DNA of 64,000 nucleotides, from the NCBI RefSeq assembly GCF_902713615.1, contig NW_024055485.1, positions 1 through 64,000 of the forward strand, in the 5' to 3' direction. This DNA is from Scyliorhinus canicula. Its lineage: Eukaryota. A program made the translations under genes and the position numbers. The notes under the pieces were generated by a model. The model searched no databases. It saw only the letters and a list, made by a program, of their open reading frames with translations, and had not been told where the DNA came from. Numbering within the stretch: the stretch's first letter is position 1; each line of letters begins with the position of its first letter. Shown piece by piece: positions 1-11,124 of the stretch.

Positions 1-47
1 CATATGTCTACCCTTCCAATTTGCATCGCCAGTAAACTCAACTGAAA

Positions 48-385
48 GGGGCGGTACGGTAGCATAGTGGTTAGCACAGTTGCTTCACAGCTCCAGGGTC
101 TGAGGTTCCATTCACGGCTTGGGTCACTGTCTGTGCAGAGTCTTCACATCTCCCCGTGTCTGCGTGGGTCTCCTCCGGGTGCTCCGGTTTCCTCCTACAT
201 TCCAAAGATGTGCAGGTTAAGTGGATTGGCCATGCGAAATTGCCCTTACGTGTCCAGGAAGGTTGGGTGGGGTTACTGGGTTACGGGGATACGGTGGAAG
301 TGTGGGCTTGGGTGGGGTGCTCTTTCCAAGGGCCGGTGCAGACTCGATGGGCCGAGTGGCCTCCTTGTGCACTGTAAATGCACTG
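48..385 (+). mobile_element. tRNA-derived SINE (elasmobranch HE1-like family)
   Basis: tRNA-like head (A box tagcatagtgg) and a body shared with many copies in the window (about 880-1150, 3075-3255, 7455-7680, 11443-11670, 14040-14358, 18110-18345, 19830-20090, 36140-36482). Confidence 0.85.
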
Positions 386-404
386 GAAATGTAATTGCAC
401 TGTT

Positions 405-800
405 TCTTATAGAAACATTTAAAATTATGAAGGGAATAGATAGGATAGATGTGGGCAGGTTGTTTCCACTGGCGGGTGACAGCAGAACTAGGGGGCATAC
501 CCTCAAAATAAGGGGAAGTAGATGTAGAACTGAGTTTAGGAGAAACTTCTTCACCCAAAGGGTTGTGAATCTATGGAATTCCTTGCCCAGTGAAGCAGTT
601 GAGGCTCCTTCATTACATGTTTTTAAGGTAAAGATAGATAGTTTTTTGAAGAATAAAGGGATTAAGGGTTATGGTGTTCGGGCCGGAAAGTGGAGCTGAG
701 TCCACAAAAGATCAGCCATGATCTAATTGAATGGCGGAGCAGGCTCGAGGGGCCAGATGGCCTACTCCTGCTCCTAGTTCTTATGCTTATGCTCTTATAA
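405..800 (+). mobile_element. CR1 LINE 3' fragment
   Basis: ORF 67..699 ends with a CR1 ORF2 C-terminus (LIETFKIMKGIDR...RRNFFTQRVVNLWNSLP), followed by a 3' UTR and ttatg microsatellite tail. Confidence 0.9.
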
Positions 801-1564
801 ATGCTATGATTCAATTATCCAAAACTGTTGTTCCTAATGAATAACTCATACCACATCCCGTTCAGCCATTGCAAATGTACTGCCTTCGATCACAGCGCCA
901 GGGCCCTGGGTTCAATTCTGACCTTGGGTTACTGTCTGTGGAAGTTTTACTTTCTCCCTGTGTCTGCGTGGTTTCCTCTGGGTGCCTCTCACAGCCCAAC
1001 GATGTGCAGTTTAGCTGGATTGGCTATTCTAAATTGCCCGTCAGTGTCTAAAGCAGATGTGTAGGTTAGGTGAGGCTAAGGGGTTATTGGGAAAGCGGAG
1101 GGGTCTGAGCCTGTGCGCAGTACTCTTTTCAAAGTTTGGTACATGTTCGAATCGCCTCCATTTTAACAGATTCTATGATTGTCTGACAAAGCCTCTATTT
1201 CAGCATTCTCTTGATTGTTTCACTTACCTCATGCGGCTTATTAGACTAGTCCCTCCCCATTCCTGTGCCATCCTGCAGCCCAATAACGATTTGTAGCAAA
1301 TGTGTTGCACTGTTTAACAATATAACGTCCGTACAATGCTAAACATTATAACTCATATTTCTGCAGTCTAATAAACAATTGTTCTATAAGTGTGAAGGGT
1401 AATTTATTGACCATTTATTGTCCTGCTCTGTAATACAAAATTAAGTGATGAACTCTAATATATCGTAATGCAGAAACTTTTCAGCACGATCCTTAAAGGG
1501 AAGAGATAAGAATTCTGGAGATTCAGAAGAAAAATAAATATTGCAGTTGAGATTCCGCTCTTAC

Positions 1565-1634
1565 CTGGGAAACCAATAACAGCGAGTGCCGGGTAATAAA
1601 TGGCATAAAATGGTCCATTCGCTGGTCCATGCAT
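1565..1634 (-). CDS. Exon 1 of a GPR139/GPR142-like class A GPCR (rest of gene left of the window)
   Basis: ATG at 1634 gives MHGPANGPFYAIYYPALAVIGFP+G, then donor gtaaga (phase 1). IYYPxLAxIGxP resembles the start of TM1 in the expanded shark GPR139-like family, as I recall it. No exon 2 seen within 1-1564. Confidence 0.65.
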
Positions 1635-2713
1635 CGTCTTTCAGGAACCAATTGAATTCTGCAAGGTGCACATACTAGGCCTGCAAGACTTCCAAATTGT
1701 CCCTCATTTATAACATTGAGAGTCTCCAGAGGGGCAATTAAATTCCAACATGCACTTTAGTTACAGATCAGTGAATAAACAAATTAAGAGACGAGTCCAT
1801 GCCTTTCATTTGTTCCCTGGGGTGAACTGCTGACTGCAACTTTTGCGGTCCCTCCCAGCCCCAAGATAATTCTCTGCGCTTCCATCAATCAAAACACCTC
1901 TTGTTAACTCTGAGCTGAAGTCTGATCTCTGATAAAAATCTGTCTCTTTCAATATCTGACATAGTGTGCTTTTCGTTGACGGATACGTTGACGTGGTTTA
2001 CGTATTTGTAAGTGTTCTGGTGTTTAGTGCTGCATTGATACACAAATATTGAAATATATTTGCGAGGAAAGAACTTGAAATAACTAATCGCAAACATGGG
2101 AGGGCGTATGAGGTCGAGCCGATCGCAGGCAAATGCTGCGCCATGTGCACACAGCAGGCCCCTTTGTTTATCCTCGGAAACCATCCATACTGAAAGTGCC
2201 TTCAGATGTTCCAGTATGAGTTTAAAGTTTCTAGTGAATAAACAATTGATAGGTGGCTGGTGGAATATCAATTCCGATAACATTGGGCAAGTAATTACCG
2301 AGACATGACTCAGAAGCAATAACAAGAAGTGCAGTGAAAATGGAGGCACGATCCATAAAATCTAAAAATGAACATTTTTCGGACAGTGGGCTGTGCAGGC
2401 AATATTACTGATTATATTTAAGAAGGAAATAGAACACTAAATGTGTCAAAGTGTGTGGAAAATGTACTGGGGTATAGTTTTGATAGAGAACCCATTGTGA
2501 TCACGTTGGATGGAGGAACCGGCTCGAAGGGCCGAATGGCCTTCTCCTACTGCTATTTAAAAGGTTTTTATATTTCGATGATGCACGGTGCTGTGTGGTG
2601 TTACCTGAGATTGCACCTCGTAAACTACAGAGGCACTGTCTGGCTTAGTGTATCCTTTCATTATAGTATGAAGGCAAATTACTGCGGATGCTGCAATCTG
2701 AAACACAAGAGAT

Positions 2714-2875
2714 AATGCTGGAAAATCTCAGCAGGTCTGGCAGCATCTATCGGGAGAGAAAAGAGCTAACGTTTCGAGTCGAAAGACTCTTTGTCAAAGC
2801 AGTCATTGGACTCGAAACGTTAGCTCTTTTCTCTCCCTACAGATGATGTCAGACTTGCTGAGATTTTCCAGCATT
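2714..2875. repeat. Palindromic MITE-like shark repeat
   Basis: Arms aatgctggaaaatctcagcagg... and ...cttgctgagattttccagcatt with inner arms gagctaacgtttcgagtc/gactcgaaacgttagctc; half-copies recur in the tRNA-array flanks. Confidence 0.8.
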
Positions 2876-3289
2876 TTCTCTTTTATTTCATTATAGTAGG
2901 TGCAGTATCAGTTACTGCTGTAACACCATGCCACTGCTCATATCGCACTTGATTTTGCCACTGTTTATACTACACTGTGTTACGTTATCAATACTCCACG
3001 AGGGAGGCATGGTGGTGACAAGATCTAATGCAATATAAAAATACATATGGTCTCGTAGACTTTATTTTTAATTTTTCAAATCAAGTGGTAATTTAGCATG
3101 GCCAATTCACCTATCCTACACATGTTTGGGTTGGGGTGAGATCCACGCAGACACGCGGAGAATGTGCAAACTCTATACAGCAGTGGCCCCGGCGGTTCGA
3201 ACCCAGGTCCTCAGTGCCGTGAGGTAGCAATGCTAACCACTGCGACAGCATGTCGCCCTCGTGGAGTATCAATAACAACTGTCCCACCA

Positions 3290-4075
3290 GGACACCCAGG
3301 TCTCGCTGAATTTCCCAGTTTCCTAAACTGCCATCATTCAGAGAATAATCTGCCTTCTTGTCTTTGCCACCAAGAAGGGTAACCTCACATGTACAGTCGT
3401 TAAAGATTGGCATGCAGGTACAGCAGACGACGAGGAAAGCCTATGATATGCTGGCCTTCAGATAGAGAAGGTTTGAGCATAGGAGATGGGATTGCTTTCA
3501 ACAGTTATATGGAGCCTTGGTGAGGCCGCACCTTGAGTATTGTGTGTAGTTTTAGTTTGAGGAAGGACATTCTTGCTTTTGAGCATGTCCAGCGAAAGTT
3601 CACCAGACTAATTTCCGGGATTGCAGGCCTGACATATGAAGAAAGACTGGATCGGCTGGGTTTGGACTCACTGGAGTTGAGAAGAATGAGAGGGGATCTC
3701 ATAGAAACATATACAATCCTGATGGGACTGCATGGGCTAGATGCGGGATGAATGTTCCCGATGTTGGGACTAGGGGTCACAGCCGAAGAATAAAGAATGC
3801 GCCATTCAGGACTGAGATGAGGCAGAACTTCTTCTCTTAGAGAGTTGTCAACTTGTGGAATTCTCCACCACAGAAAGCCGTGGGGGCCAGTTCGTTGGAC
3901 ATATTCAAGAGGGAGCTGGACGTGGCCCTTGCGGCTAAAGGGAGCGAGGGGAATGGAGAGAAACTGGGAGTGTGAGACAGAATTTGCATTATCAGCCATG
4001 AACATTTGAATGGTGGTGCAGGCTTGAAGAACCGAATGGTCTACTCCTGCACCGGTTTTCTATGTTTCCATGTTG
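3290..4075 (+). mobile_element. Degenerate CR1 LINE 3' fragment
   Basis: ORF 3533..3751 has KDILAFEHVQRKFTRLISG...LRRMRGDLIETY; CR1 3' UTR follows. Confidence 0.85.
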
Positions 4076-4422
4076 GTATATATCAGTAACCGAACAAATG
4101 CAGATATGAAGTTGAAGAGATTTAAACACAGGTTTGTGAGAAAATGGAACCTGTTGCCACATGGAGCTTGGAGCAGACAGTATTGATACATTTATGGGAA
4201 CACTTGGAAATACTGGAAAGAGAACAGTCTAGACCGACACAGGGAGCTGGATGGAAATGGTCAGTTAGATACCGGGCGGGAGGGGACAGTCTGGTCTGGA
4301 GTACATGCGCAAACACAATTTAGTTGGGCTGAATGGTCTATTCCTCTCCCCCAATTTCTATACTATGTAAACCACAGAGAATACTACGTACAGACAACCA
4401 CGGAGAGAATCAGTCATGGGCG

Positions 4423-4721
4423 GAAAGAATTGAAAATGTCAGAGAGCCGGAAGAGGCAGTTCCCAGTGAGTAACAGTAAAACCCACTGCGGAAACTGAGC
4501 AGACTGAACCCAACCGACAACTCAGAGACTTTGGGACAAGTTCCCACGATTGCAAGAAACACAAACAGCAAGTTTAAATTTAGAAACAAATCGAAACTAA
4601 CAGTAAATACATAAATTTAAAGAGAAATGGAGAAAAAAATTAATGAAAGAAGAAAATGGTCAAATCGGAGAAAATGCAATCAGAAACTCTGGGAAATGTT
4701 AAACCACAGTCAGTGATTGAC
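4423..4721 (+). repeat. Left arm of inverted repeat flanking the supporting V
   Basis: Reverse complement of 6731-7025; core 4437-4550 has 3 mismatches in 114 nt. Confidence 0.9.
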
Positions 4722-5249
4722 CTTTCAACACCGTGTTCAACATCAGTTGGGCCCCATTGTTGCTGTTGATTCGCAATGAATTATGTTGGAGCTTGCTGTG
4801 CACAACATCAAGGGCCTGTTCTGTGCTGTACTGTTGCTGTACTGTTCTATGTTCTATCCATGGTAGAATCAAACAGAAATAAGGATGACATTCACCACCT
4901 CGGGTGAATGCCTTTCCTTCATGAATGAAATACTATTCGACCATGATTTTCCCATAGTCCTGTTATTATCCTTTTCCCATATTTGACCTTTACCCGTTTG
5001 TAAATCACTGTTCAATCAGCTCCCACCACCCATTCTGACAGTGCATTTCAGATCGTTAGAGTTTACTGGGTGGAATAAAACATCACCTCAGTCCCCATTG
5101 GTTTGCATTGTATCAATTATATTGTAACAGTGAATACAATTAAAATGCAATTAAAGTGATAACATTGCCACAAAAACTGAGCAATTCACGCGATTGGCAT
5201 ATACTCCATGTTAATCAGTGGTTTAAACCATTTTCTTGATCCATGCTCA

Positions 5250-5833
5250 GGTTTCTGTACAGCTCTCTCCGTGCTCTGTATCACTGTGTGTGTGATTCTC
5301 ACCATGGTCAGGTTTCTGTACAGCTGTCTCCGTGCTCTGTATCACTGTGTGTGTAATCCTCACCATGGTCAGGTTTCTATACAGCTGTCTCCGTGCTCTG
5401 TATCACTGTGTGTGTAATCCTCACCATGTTCAGGTTTCTGGGCAGCTCTCTCCGTGCTCTGTGTCACTGTGTGTGTAATCCTCACCATATTCAGGTTTCT
5501 GTTCAGCTCCCTCCGTGCTCTGGATCACTGTGTGTGATCCTCACCATGTTCAGATCTCTGTACAGCTCTCTCCGTGCTCTGTATCACTGTGTGTGTGATC
5601 CTCACCATGTTCAGGTTTCTGTACAGCTCACTCCGTGCTCTGTATCACTGTGTGTGTGATCCTCACCATGTTCAGGTTTCTGTACAGCTGTCTCCGTGCT
5701 CTGTATCACTGTTTGTGTGATCCTCACCATGTTCAGGTTTTTGTACAGCTCTCTCCGTGCTCTGTTTCACTGTGTGTAATCCTCACCATGTTCAGGTTTT
5801 TGTACAGCTCTCTCCGTGCTCTGTATCACTGTG
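5250..5833 (-). repeat. Tandem array of ten 23-bp-spacer recombination signal sequences (59-61-bp unit)
   Basis: Minus-strand RSSs (heptamer-23-nonamer) at 5250-5288, 5311-5349, 5372-5410, 5433-5471, 5494-5532, 5553-5591, 5614-5652, 5675-5713, 5736-5774, 5795-5833. CACAGTG in 9/10; nonamer ACAAAAACC in 2 and ACAGAAACC in 5; all spacers exactly 23 bp. Confidence 0.95.
5795..5833 (-). other. V-proximal 23-RSS of the supporting TCR-delta V (perfect consensus)
   Basis: CACAGTG-atacagagcacggagagagctgt-ACAAAAACC directly after the YYCELSRHT coding end. Confidence 0.95.
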
Positions 5834-6139
5834 CTGTGTGCCGGCTCAGTTCACAGTAATACACAGAAGAGTCGCTCGGTTGAAGTTTGGAGATCTTTAA
5901 ACGGCTGATTTCCTTGGAAGTGTCGATAGAAGCAGAAATTCTCCCACCGGCAGCGTTTTCTTTATTCTCCTGTCCTGAAGTGTGTCTCTGAAGCAGGAAT
6001 TCCGGAGCCTGTCCTGGGGACTGACGGTACCAGTGTACTGTGTACTGACACAACCCTGAATATTCCCAATTTAAAGTAACTGTGCCACCAGCAGCAGAGT
6101 TTTGGATAGGCGGGTTCTTGGACACCAAAGAACTGGAAT
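5834..6139 (-). CDS. TRDV: NAR-TCR-supporting TCR-delta V exon (leaderless); open frame but Cys23>Trp, so possibly non-functional
   Basis: Acceptor tttttttcatccgccag, phase 1 and in frame with the upstream J: (G)AT-SSSLVSKNPPIQNSAAGGTVTLNWEYSGLCQYTVHWYRQSPGQAPEFLL...LKISKLQPSDSSVYYCELSRHT. WYRQ and YYC motifs present; extra CDR1 Cys (LCQY) is typical of supporting V-delta; no leader exon seen. Confidence 0.9.
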
Positions 6140-6730
6140 CTGGCGGATGAAAAAAATGTCATTTGTTTTATTCGGAGAGCCATTATTTGTTAATCACGTG
6201 AATAGCTCAGTTGTTTATGGTATTGTTTTTATTTTAATTCTGCTTGAACTGTATTAACTTTTATGTCAATATGAACCAGTGAGGAATGAGTGGTTATTAT
6301 CTTTCCCGCCACAAGCTCGAAAGTTCCGCAATGCACACTCGATATATGTGGTGGGAACTGATTCCACAAAGACTTATAAACGGCAATGGTCAATGACCGG
6401 AGTAGGAAAATGCAGAGTTATGGGAAAATTAAATGGTTCATGGGAAGAAGTGTATTTCATTGACAAAGGGCAGCATCTGCCCGTGGGGCCTAATGCAATC
6501 CTTACTTCTGCATGGTTCTACCATGGGTGTGACATTTCTGCTCCTATTGTCCTTGCTGAGGAACAGACGCGAGGGAACATTTTCATATCAGTGAGACAAT
6601 CTGTTTCCTGATATAATTGGCCGAGTGTAACCGAACTGCATTCATCACTTAGCACAGCAAGATCCAACAGAAAATGATTGCGATTCATTGGCTATGGATA
6701 CAAACCGACGTTGGACATCCGTAGTTACAT

Positions 6731-7025
6731 GTCAATCACTGACTGCAGTTTAACATTTCCCGGAGTTTCTGATTGCCTTTTACTCTGTCTATTTTCTTGA
6801 ATCAATAATATTTTCTCCGTTTCTCTTTAAATGGAATCATTTACTGTTAGTTTCATTTTATTTCTACATTTACTTTGCGCTGTTTGTGCTTTTCGTGATC
6901 GTGGGAACTTGTCCCAAAGTCTCTCAGTTGTCGGTTGGGTTCAGTCTGTTCAGTTTCCGCAGTGGGTTTCACTGTTACTCACTGGGAACTGCCTCTTCCG
7001 GCTCTCTGACAATTACAATTCTTTC
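6731..7025 (-). repeat. Right arm of inverted repeat flanking the supporting V
   Basis: Reverse complement of 4423-4721. Confidence 0.9.
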
Positions 7026-8339
7026 AGTTTATTAACTAATTGTCTCTCGGGTTCTCTGAGCGAACTTTTCTGTAAGTTTTATATTGTGTATAATCTACTG
7101 AAGAGGAATGAACGATTTGGCCCAACTGAATTATGTCTGTGCATACTCCAGGTCAGCCTAACCCGCCCGAAATCGAGTTGGCCATTTCCATCCAGCACCT
7201 TGTATCGCTCCATTCTGTTTCCCCTCCTTTATTTTCCATCCAACCCATTTCTGAACCAATTGTCTCTGCGCCAACCACTCAATGTGGCAGCGATTGGTAT
7301 ATCCTGATGTCTCTGTGTAGAAATATCTGTTTCCAATTTGTGTCTGTTTTCTGTTAATGACTATTACATGTTCACCGTCCCTTTCTCTGGAAAAACGCAC
7401 AAATCACCATTCAGATTTATGTTCATAATTTAATTCACCTATAAATCCTCCTCGTGGGCAGCACGGTGGCGCAGTGGGTTAGCCCCGTTGCCTCACGGCG
7501 CCGAGGTCCCAGGTTCGATCCCGGCTCTGGGTCACTGTCCGTGTGGAGTTTTCACATTCTCCCCGTGTTTGCGTGAGTTTCACCCCCACAACCCAAAGAT
7601 GTGCAAGGTAGGTAAATCGAACACACTAATTTGCCCCTTAATTGGAAAAAAAATAAAAATGAATTGGGTACTCTAAAATTTTTTTTAATCCTCCTCGTGA
7701 TTCTCCATCCCTCGGTGAAAGTGGACCCAACATGTTGAACCTTACCAGAGAGATTTGCATTGCAGCTGATTTCCGTCCTCAGAACCGCAAGATTCAAAAG
7801 ACAATTTCTAACGGGTAGAAGTAATACCGACGAGACCACCTTTCAAAGTTGACCCGCCATTCATTTATATGCTCGCTGATCCCCTACCTCAACAACCAGT
7901 CCCCCCCCCCATTGTCGCCAGAACCTTTGATACTTTTATATCTAACAATCTATTCAACACTTCTGTGAATAAACTCACATCTGAGAATCCAGAACTCTTT
8001 GAGGAACAGAAATCAAAGATTCACATGAATTGGTTAACTAAAGAAATGTATCCTCTTCTTAACTCTACTGCCGAAACACATATTCTGAAACTGGGATCCC
8101 AAGTGAGAACCTAGCCAGCGTGGATACACTTACCCAGTATCTGTTCTGCCAAGCCCTTTGAACATATGGTATGTTTTGATGAAGTTACATCTCAGGGCTC
8201 TACATTACATGGAATATCGGTCTAAATAACTCAATTTCAACTCACAGTAATTTACCTCAGGAATATTTGTTAAATTTCTTCCCAAGCATGGAGATAATTT
8301 CTGAATTGAGGTGACTGAACCTATGCAGCATTCCAGACC

Positions 8340-8940
8340 ATAGTCCCAGCACTGATCTCTGCTGAACACCACCAGTAGTCACAGCACTCCATTCAGCAAA
8401 TAACCCTTCCATTACTACTCTCTGCCTTCTATGACCTAGCCAGTTCTGTATCCTTCTTGCACGCTCACAACTGATCCCGTGTGACTTCACCTTTTGTACC
8501 AGTCTGCCATGAGGGACCTTGTCAAAGGCCTTACTGAAGTCCATATAGACAACATCCACTGCCCTATCTGCAGCAACCACCATTGTGACCTCCTTGAAAA
8601 ACTCTATTAAGTTAGTGAGACACGACCTCCCCTTCACAAAACCATGCTGCCTTTCACTCATACGTCTACTTGCTTCCAAATGGGAGTAGATCCTGTCTCG
8701 AAGAATTCTCTCCACTAATTTCCCTTCCACTGATGTAAAGCTCACTGGCTTGTAGTTCCCTGGATTATGCTTGCTCCCTTCTTAAACAATAGAACAACAT
8801 AGGCTATTCTCCAGTCCTCTGGAACATACCTGAAGACAGTGAGGATCCAAAGATTTCTATCAAGGCCTCAGCAATTTCCTCGCTAGCCTTCTTCAGTATT
8901 CTGGGGTAGATCCCATCAGGCCCTGGGGACTTTTCCACCT
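8340..8940 (-). mobile_element. CR1 reverse-transcriptase fragment
   Basis: ORF 8257..8745: RQHGFVKGRSCLTNLIEFF...VVYMDFSKAFDKVPH. Confidence 0.9.
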
Positions 8941-9863
8941 TAATATTTTTCATGACGATAATCCTCAACTCTACTATCCCACCTTATACCCCTAACGCTC
9001 GACGCCCTCACTGAATACATGTCTGTCTCTTTCAGCCTTGAACATGCTTAGCGCCAATATTTCACAGTTTCACGGCCGTCTGAGAGAACACGTTCCTCCT
9101 AATCGCTGTTTTACATGGCGCCCCTTGACTCAGAGATTATGCCCTCTGCTTCGAGACACTCCCACAAAAGGAAATCCTCTCAGGATCCAGCCTGTGAAAA
9201 CCCCAGATTATCCTATCTGTCTCAATAAGGTCAAGTCTCTTTCTTCGAATCTCCTTTATAGAAATTACCTCCAAAGACGGGGCCAACCTCGTGAATTTTC
9301 TCCGGACTGTTTCAAATGTCGGTACATGCGCTTCCTCAAATGTTGCGTTTCTTCACATGGTGCATCAATCACATTGCGCAGTTCGGAGAACGAACGGCTG
9401 CCGTGGAGAGAGCTCTAAGAGCCGATGTGGTGACCAAATGGACAGACACCGACCCCCCTCAGAGACCAACTCCGACAGCGGAGTCCGGACTGTCGACAAT
9501 CTGCTTTCATTAAAAAGTTAGGAATGAGAGAGCCTGTGATGTTCAGCATGGACATGATGTGCCATTAAACTAGTAATGGTCCACAGACTGTCAACTCCCA
9601 CCAGCACCACCACCCAACCCCAATTACCACTACCCCGATCCCTCTGACCTCCTGCTCCATATACAGTTTCCACAGGAAAGACCTGGACCCAACTCCAGAA
9701 TCATATTCTGCTCGGAAATCAAAATTTGCCGCCAAGAATATTACTTAGAAAGCAGATCAGCTCCAGTTTCAATCGGTTTTAAGAAATACGGATCATAATA
9801 ATAAACTGAGGGCTAACATTCACGGACACGCTCTGTAAAATAGCGGGGTTTGGAGACACTTAC

Positions 9864-9913
9864 CGGCTGTGACAGTCACCACCGTCCCGGATCCATCTGC
9901 ATATTCCCAGTAC
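9864..9913 (-). CDS. NAR-TCR J segment
   Basis: G-TAC TGG GAA TAT GCA GAT GGA TCC GGG ACG GTG GTG ACT GTC ACA GCC G|gtaagt = YWEYADGSGTVVTVTA. DGxGT is an IgNAR-type J motif; phase-1 donor. Confidence 0.9.
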
Positions 9914-9952
9914 CACAGTGACACGGCTCTCATACTCCCCGGTACAATAACC
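9914..9952 (-). other. J 23-RSS
   Basis: Plus strand CACAGTG (9914-9920), 23-bp spacer, ACAATAACC (9944-9952). Confidence 0.9.
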
Positions 9953-10261
9953 ACTGACACCTCAAACAGCAAGAAAATGATCACCAATCATTCGATGCTG
10001 CCCAATTATTCGGGGGGTTGAAATACATAAACAACATCCAATGTTTCAGAGACTGTGTTGATTTAAACCGTTCTCTGTGAGGCCCTGAGCTATGACTAAA
10101 TGGCTGGAGGCAGGAAATATTCGCTTCATATAAACCGACGAAAATGATAAAGAAAGATGGAAATGGTGGAAATGACAATGAAACGTAACCAGGTTACAGC
10201 CATGATAACATCATCCCGATAATTCGCCACCAGGCCGGGCGAATTATTTGCTTTGTGCGGA

Positions 10262-10332
10262 GGAAATTGTCCCGGTCTCTGTCACTGTGAATAGTCCAAC
10301 CAAGCACAGTATGGCAAGTCAATATAAAATCC
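10262..10332 (-). other. NAR-TCR D segment (10290-10304, cttggttggactatt) with 12/12 RSSs
   Basis: Minus strand: ggattttat-12-tactgtg [D] cacagtg-12(acagagaccggg)-acaatttcc. Satisfies 12/23 with both the V (22) and J (23) RSSs. Confidence 0.85.
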
Positions 10333-10655
10333 CCGGCTATATGGTGAACGTGGGGACATAACTTCAACAGTGGGGACTGCGGTTCCCAGTTCCCTCTGTT
10401 GGAACAGGATCCGGCTGGTCTGAGGGTTCGTCACTGAGATCAGTTATTCCCAATCTCCATTCACTGACACTAATTTCTGGAAAAGTATCAACATCCGCAC
10501 AAACTCGGCGTTTATAAAACTCAAGATGTTAACGGGAATGGTCCAGTCTCATTATAAACCAGAGCATGGGACAGACAGTGTGAGGCGGAACTGTGGGGGT
10601 TTCAGGGCAGATTAACTCCGCTTTTACATTTGTTTCTGTGATAATCCGCACTGAG

Positions 10656-10693
10656 GGATTTTGTATCGCGGGAAGCCGAGACCCATCACTGTG
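10656..10693 (-). other. NAR-TCR V RSS, 22-bp spacer
   Basis: CACAGTG-atgggtctcggcttcccgcgat(22)-ACAAAATCC; 22-bp spacers are usual for shark Ig-type V genes. Confidence 0.9.
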
Positions 10694-10974
10694 TGTGTTC
10701 CAGTATCTGTACTGAGCTTTACAGTAATAGGTGGCGCTGTCTTCAACTCTCACATCCCGAATTTCCAGCGAAAATGTATTTTCTGCTTTATTCACCGACA
10801 CAACAAATCTCCCTCCGCTGGAGATCCGCTCCCAATCTACCCCGGGCTGGGTTTGTCTGAAGAAATGTCCATTTTCGAACTTATCACCGGAATACACACA
10901 GTTAATGGTGAGAGTCTGACACTCCTCGCTGGTCACCGCTTCTGGGTCCTGTGTCACTGACTGACTCAAACATC
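10694..10974 (-). CDS. NTCRV: NAR-TCR V exon (IgNAR-like V domain), intact
   Basis: Acceptor ttaatttccag; CLSQSVTQDPEAVTSEECQTLTINCVYSGDKFENGHFFRQTQPGVDWERISSGGRFVVSVNKAENTFSLEIRDVRVEDSATYYCKAQYRYWNT. IgNAR-like LTINCV, ISxGGR and no CDR2; both canonical Cys plus an extra FR1 Cys. Confidence 0.92.
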
Positions 10975-11124
10975 CTGGAAATTAAACAGAAGACAGTTTA
11001 ATGGACCATCACAGCCAGAAACACAGATCAGGGCTAAAACCCCAGACAGGGTCTGTAATTGGGATGGACTCGGGCAGCTTTATATTAAATCCACACAATC
11101 TGGGTTAGTCTGATCGGTACTCAC

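Noticed and set aside
2299-2356. Leader-like exon MDRASIFTALLVIASESCL+G|gtaatt on the minus strand
   Set aside because: Phase-1 and moderately hydrophobic, but the donor is weak and no V exon follows; cannot distinguish it from chance or an orphan leader.
5250-5833. CRISPR-like regular repeat
   Set aside because: No unique spacers; the whole unit repeats, context is a vertebrate TCR locus and the unit parses as an RSS.
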